From Nemertoderma westbladi (Eukaryota > Animalia > Xenacoelomorpha): a DNA stretch of 64,000 bases. Shown piece after piece: positions 58,301 through 64,000 of this stretch. The stretch covers positions 1-64,000 of the forward strand of contig JAUCBJ010001151.1 of assembly GCA_032718475.1 (NCBI GenBank). Reading direction: 5' to 3'. The notes beneath the pieces were generated by a model. It ran no database searches. It saw only the letters and a program-made list of their open reading frames with translations, and was not told the origin of the DNA. The position numbers were made by a program, and so were the translations under genes. How positions within the stretch are numbered: the first letter of the stretch is position 1; the number at the start of each line of letters is the position of its first letter.

Positions 58301-60480
58301 TTAGCTAACAATTTGAATAGAACATGAATTCCACCTCGTCGATCTAAAGCTGCAACTGTAGACTTTGTGTGGGTCGTAGATAAATAAAACAGAAGGGACA
58401 GAACATCGTGGATATTCTCGATCTCGTGAATCGTCGACAAATAATTAAGTATAGATTGCACATTCTCTTCATCAACGTTGTCGTCTTTCAGAATTAAATG
58501 GCGAATGGTAACCAGAATGAGGGAGCGGATCTGCATTATATCATCGGAGTTGGGTCTGGACCCGTCCACACCCCGAGCGAACACCCCGCTACTATCGGTT
58601 GGGTTGCGAATCCAATAGTAATGCTTCAAGGAGTGCAGCAACTGCAATACCGTGGAGACAGTCCGCGTCCGATAGTTAAATATATCAGCGAATATAACAA
58701 ACTCAGTGGATATATAATTCCATAGCGTCAACTGGATCTGGGGAGAGGTATAAATCCATAAACTCGGGTAAAACAGAATATGATCCGACAATTGTTTGAG
58801 AAGGAAAGATCCATGGAAGGAGTGCCGATACAAAAAGCGAGATAAATTAATTAATGATATGATAACATCGAGGGTTAAATGATCAGGGGAAACTCTTTCA
58901 AGTAAATAGGAAAGTAATTGAAATCCTCGCATTTGTATCATCTGCTGGTGGAATGTTTGAGAACCTAGCAATAAGTTGCACAATGTTTCAATGAGAACAG
59001 GACATATAGAATCAGATGTCGTTTCCTCTAAAAGCAAATCTAATTGTGAGAATAGCGGAAGAAATACACGAATGCCACCAATGCTGTGGAGAGAGAAATA
59101 AAGGGAGTGGGTGGTTATAGACTGAACACCTTGAAGCATGAGCGCATGAGGGGAATGCACAAAATAATTATTATTGCCACGGCATTCAAAACAAAGTTGT
59201 GACTCACAAGCTTTAGGATTATAGTGGAACCCAATATGTTCCCACAATCTACTTTCATGGAGGATTTTATAATCCGGTGTCATACGAAATCCCTCAGTGT
59301 CGATGTCATATTTAAACTGACCTTGGTAACTAGACTTTAAATTATATATGGCTTTAACACAATCGCTTGATATCGATTTATCCAACATGTATATGGCAGA
59401 CATTTGTCCATTGAACACTCTGTCATTGTCCCCCTCGCTGCTACATCCGATAAAACATTTATCGAATACGTCGGAGGTTTTGACTAGCCATGAGAACTCG
59501 GCAACATACACAAGCGAACCGTCAACAAATGCCTGAATCTCACTACTCTTCCAGCGATTATACACGTGGACCAACGTAACCATGTACCATTTACGCAACT
59601 GGAATTCGAACTTAATGCAATGCTGGAATCCCTTGGTTGGTGTCTTCAGCGAAGTGATTACGAGACATGATCCAACAAAATGGGCAGAGTAGCCAACGCC
59701 ACGGGAGGTTCTAAAGCAATACAAGTACGGCTTACAAGTATCAACGACAGTGTTACAAACCGGATCCAAACGCATCCAGGTGTGAAAAGTCCAACCGCTA
59801 GTGGAAGGCCACGAGCGTATAGGGGGCAGCGCTATACCAACACTGCGGCCCTGGACGGGGTTGCTGGGAGAAGGGGTGGTCTTCGTCTGCGACGGGGACG
59901 TATCTAGATTAATATTGGGTGAGTATTCTAATATCTCCGAGAAATTGAAGAAAGTAGATGGTCCATGTGTGATAGTCAGTTGTGATAATACAGATAACAA
60001 TTGAAATGAATGACGCGGCCAATTCTTGCCTTGAGCTTTCAAAAATTGTATTATACGCTTAAGTTCTTTTACAGTGATTGTAAAATGTAGCATAACTGAT
60101 AAAAGTTCAAGAAGCACATGAGATAGCAATTCGTCAGCAGTAGGTAGCTTTGAAATGATGTAATCTGTAAAACCAGCCTGTGAAGCTGAATTTAAATTTG
60201 AAATCGACTTCCTAAGCATGATTGACAAATAAGTCAAGATTTCGGCTTGTTCTGTACTGTCACAGTGGTTTAATAATTCAAAAGTCATTTTCAAATTCGA
60301 TGGACTTGAAATAACAAATGCGTTCTCTATGTCAAAGTTCCCACTAACAAGCAAATTTAAAGTTTTGTCTAAGATATCCCTCTTGGAACTTTTATGATCG
60401 TTCACCATTTCAATTAATGTAGATAGAAGTGACTCTTTCGGTGGAGTTGTTGTTACGCATTGGGAATTGCTATTATCCAT
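52366..60480 (-). CDS. NBEA: Neurobeachin/LRBA-family BEACH-domain protein, 2704 aa, encoded as a single uninterrupted ORF
   Basis: ConA-like domain ([11 protein letters not shown]...[21 protein letters not shown]), DUF4704 region, DUF1088 ([35 protein letters not shown]), PH domain, BEACH ([34 protein letters not shown]...HYGTHYS...DVKELIPE...FGQTP) and C-terminal WD40 repeats. Confidence 0.95.
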   Translation of the reverse strand: [2704 protein letters not shown]

Positions 60481-61459
60481 TTGAGTAGCGGTATAATAAT
60501 TAGTCGATTAGCAGATTTATATAGATATGAATGAGATATATATAAGCTGATAAGGTAGTAATGATATAGGCCTAACACACTGACACATGTAAATATCAGC
60601 TCAGCATACTACTAGCATATCAGCATTCAGCATATAGCTATAGCAGTCTAGGTACTAATCTAGGAGAAATAACACTAAGTATATAACAATAAAAAACTCT
60701 AAATAACAATTCCAACGCGATACTATGTACTACACTAGTACATAGCTGCATAGTATCGCGTTGTACTACATACTGACATACTAGCCTCAGGCTCTATAAA
60801 CTAGGCTAAACTAGTCTCATATAATACATATGTAGGCCTATTAAAACGAAGGCAGCAATGAGGAAAGCCCCTGCCCTCTGCTGAAGTTTGAACGAACAGT
60901 TTTATCAGCCCTTTTCGGTATTTCTCATACTGCACAAACCACAAAGGCCTTTACTGAAAAGTTGCTTTGCTATGGCTGTTTCAAGTAAAACACGTGGTGA
61001 GCAGAGCACAGAGCCCTCGGAAACGTTTCAACAGTTGGTTTGGTTTATGTAAAAGTATCTCATGTGTCGCGCAATAGTCTGATAGTGTGTGTCAGTTCTG
61101 AGCCATTTCAACACATCAAGCTGTCAAGACACAGAGACATGGCTTATTTGTTGTAGGTCTAAGTCACTTTTTTTAGTCAAATCCGTTCTGCCGTTCAGCC
61201 GTTAGGTAACAAGTTTGACAAAAAAAGAATACCTTTTTCTGTTTTTGGTTAACAAAAAGTACATGTTGAGACTCCTACACACTGACACATTATAAATTTC
61301 TATCGAATTTACTTCACTTATTTACCGTTACTTATCTGCTTATGTCAGGCTAACATGTTAATAGGCCTAGACTGATAGATGGTAGATAGAGTTTCAAATG
61401 AAATTAACAGTCAGACAGTATGGCAATATAATATCATTAGAGAATGTGGCAATCAATTA

Positions 61460-62194
61460 ACCAGCGTAACGGTCGTGACATGGTTTCGTAACGGTTGTGA
61501 CATTATCGATTTTCACGTAAATCAGAAGTTCAAAAAATGGTAAGGTATTAGGGTTAGGTATTGAAATCGATTTAAGGCAGGTTTTCTTGTACGCTGATTT
61601 TAATGGAAGGCTTTTTACATTCCGCAATTGAACACATCTACCATTTTTAGTGCTAAAATGAAAAGTGCAAGTAACGTAGGACCGGTTTTCTGGTGCGCTG
61701 ATTTCAATGGAAGGCTTTTTAATTTCCGTAGTTGAATATGCCTACAATTTTTGGTGCTAAAATGAGATTATAATTTTCAAATTTTGTAGATTATATATAA
61801 GCAGCCATACGTTCTACTGTTCTATGTAGTACTGTTGGCCTAACACCTAAGCTGATATTTTGGTTATTATGTGTACATTACCTGATTACAGTATAATTAT
61901 AATTACATCCTACAGTCCTACCAGTGTCATAAATGATACAAATTAATATATACTGTATAATACAGTAATAATGATTCCTAAGGTTTGTGTCACAACCGTT
62001 ACGGCCACAAGTGCTGTTATGGCACGTTATAGGTTAAGAAGAAACCTTTGTACGCCCAATATTACAATTATCACTTTGTGTGGAATCATATTCCAAAATG
62101 TAATCTAAATAGAGAGTAAAAAAGACGACCTTTCGTTCCTTGAATTATACATGCTAATATTCCCACATGTTAATGTAACGACCGTTACGCTGAT
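61460..62194. mobile_element. TA-flanked MITE upstream of the neurobeachin gene
   Basis: TIRs ACCAGCGTAACGGTCGTGACAT and ATGTAACGACCGTTACGCTGAT, with TA on both sides. Internal copies of CGTAACGGTTGTGACA and a ~107-bp internal duplication. Confidence 0.75.
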
Positions 62195-63451
62195 TACTAC
62201 AACTGGAACATATAGTCAAGTTAATCTATATGACTCAAACAATTGATACGAACTAGCTAACGATAGATATAAAAGATTACAGGATTATAACCATTACTGC
62301 CAGGGATCTGGAGATATTGGAAAAACTTGCTCTTTCAGCGTAACGGTCGTAAACATATTTTCCATCCACTCATTAGTCATTACAATGCTATTAGAAAAAT
62401 ATTTATTAGTTGTACATTATTTAACCGACATAGCTAATTACAACATACTGACATAGATATAAGATTCTAAAAAACATATGGCATTGTTAGTTTGGTAATG
62501 ATCATGCCATTTTAGTTTGTATTTAATTAATGCCAACAATGTTGAATTTTTGGCATTTTTTAAATCACATTTTGGGGATGCTGTAAAAAAATATTGGCGA
62601 GGGTTATGGAACATTTGAAAACAGTTTTATGAAGCACAATATACAGATATATGTGCTTCATAGAGTGCTATAGACTGATAGACTCAAAACAATAGAAAGC
62701 ATTTCTAAATTAAATACTATCATTTTTCACCAAAAGGTTTACGTTAAGCAAAATTGCTTGGAATGGCTGAGAGTGAGAACATGTGTTAGTCACTTAGCAA
62801 TCAATTTTGATCGGTCCGACGAATCTGTACAAAAAAGTACAAAAAAATGTGGGCATCCATTCACTATTAAAGTACAGAAGTAGGCCTATGTCAATGTCAG
62901 TAGGCCTATGTGAACTAAAGCAGTAAAGTGCTATGGTCTGCAAATTTTTTTACATCTCATCCCACTGTCCCAGCATCCGCCTGTCCGCGCACTTCACACT
63001 TCATGACTTTTGATATTTTGCACAGATTACTGCGCACTTTTGTTGTCTTTCACATAATTTCGCGCACTTTTATTTCAATTCCGAGCGCTTTTACCACGCA
63101 CTATTTCAAATACGCGCACAACGTTCAGCACAAAGGCGTTGCGATTTTTGCACTTCATTTGCAGCCTGGTATATACTGCAGTACTGGAAGTGGTATATGA
63201 TAGACAAGTCTGCCAGTAGGCAGATAGAGACTCTGACAGTCTGAAGTCAGATAGTCTGCTGAACGGACTGACGGAATGAATGGTAGTGCTGTCGCCTGGC
63301 AGTGTACGAGTGTACCGTACAGCGTCTGACTGTCTGAGCGTGCTCCCTCCTTAACTTTATTAATTAATGTACCGGTAGCCTACATCTGTACATAGCAGCA
63401 TAGCATAGTGAGATTCAGATAGGTGGATAGTATGATATCTGACTATGGCTT

Positions 63452-63900
63452 GTTAACAATGTTACAGTACGCCACGTGCTGCGCGAAGGTATCTTAAACG
63501 TTTCAACAGCATGCAGGCATGTTACACAATGTTACAGTACGCCACGTTCTGCGTGAAGGTCTCTTAAACGTTTCAACAGTTTGTTACACAATCTGACAAT
63601 GTTGGAGTACGTCACATGCTGCGCGAAGGTCTCTTAAACGTTTGAACAGCTTGTTGTTGTTACACAAGGTCACAGTGCGCCACGTGCTGCGCGAAGGTCT
63701 CTTAAATGTTTCAACAGCTTGTTACACAAATGTTACAGTTCGCCACATGCTGCGCGAAGGTCTCAATCGTTTCAATAGATTGTTTCAGTATCTCACATAC
63801 CGGTACTGCGTGAAGGTCAGAAGGTAGGAAGGTATCTTAATCATTTCAACAGATTGTTACAGTACCCATGTGCTGCACGAAAGGTCTCTTAAACGTTTGA
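63452..63900. repeat. Diverged ~55-70-bp tandem repeat (~7 copies)
   Basis: Core CAATGTTACAGTACGCCACGTGCTGCGCGAAGGTCTCTTAAACGTTTCAACAG. Confidence 0.85.
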
Positions 63901-64000
63901 TCTGATTATTTCAGTCGTTTTCTTCACGTTTTTTAGGTGGTTTGAGTTGGTTTGCAGTGCAGACTTCATTTCACATTCCGATAATATTTATTGACATTCT

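Overview
Animal (invertebrate-type) nuclear DNA, mostly layered transposable elements, with one intact host gene. From left to right: (1) a hAT element running in from the left edge to 7177, with a frameshifted, intron-containing ZMYM1/TTF-type transposase, a nested hAT MITE and a 36-bp minisatellite; (2) an interrupted CaRF-like coding remnant; (3) a Helitron-like repeat element; (4) a BEL/Pao solo LTR and a foldback MITE; (5) a 27.7-kb nest in which a decayed minus-strand BEL/Pao retrotransposon (element A, 16482-44197) carries a younger plus-strand BEL/Pao element (element B, 17611-33618) and a Mutator-like foldback MITE; (6) a 5.1-kb satellite of 54-bp units; (7) a neurobeachin/LRBA-family BEACH gene encoded as one uninterrupted 2704-aa ORF, followed by more MITEs and repeats. 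Most interesting: neither BEL/Pao element has a TGG-type tRNA primer-binding site. In both, the 10-11 nt flush with the 5' LTR are complementary to a segment inside the element's own LTR, with further complementary blocks in colinear order. This suggests Tf1-like self-primed reverse transcription in a superfamily where I do not know it to be described. Element B also has a non-env third ORF with three CCHC zinc knuckles and a basic NLS-like tail. All alignments and counts were done by eye.
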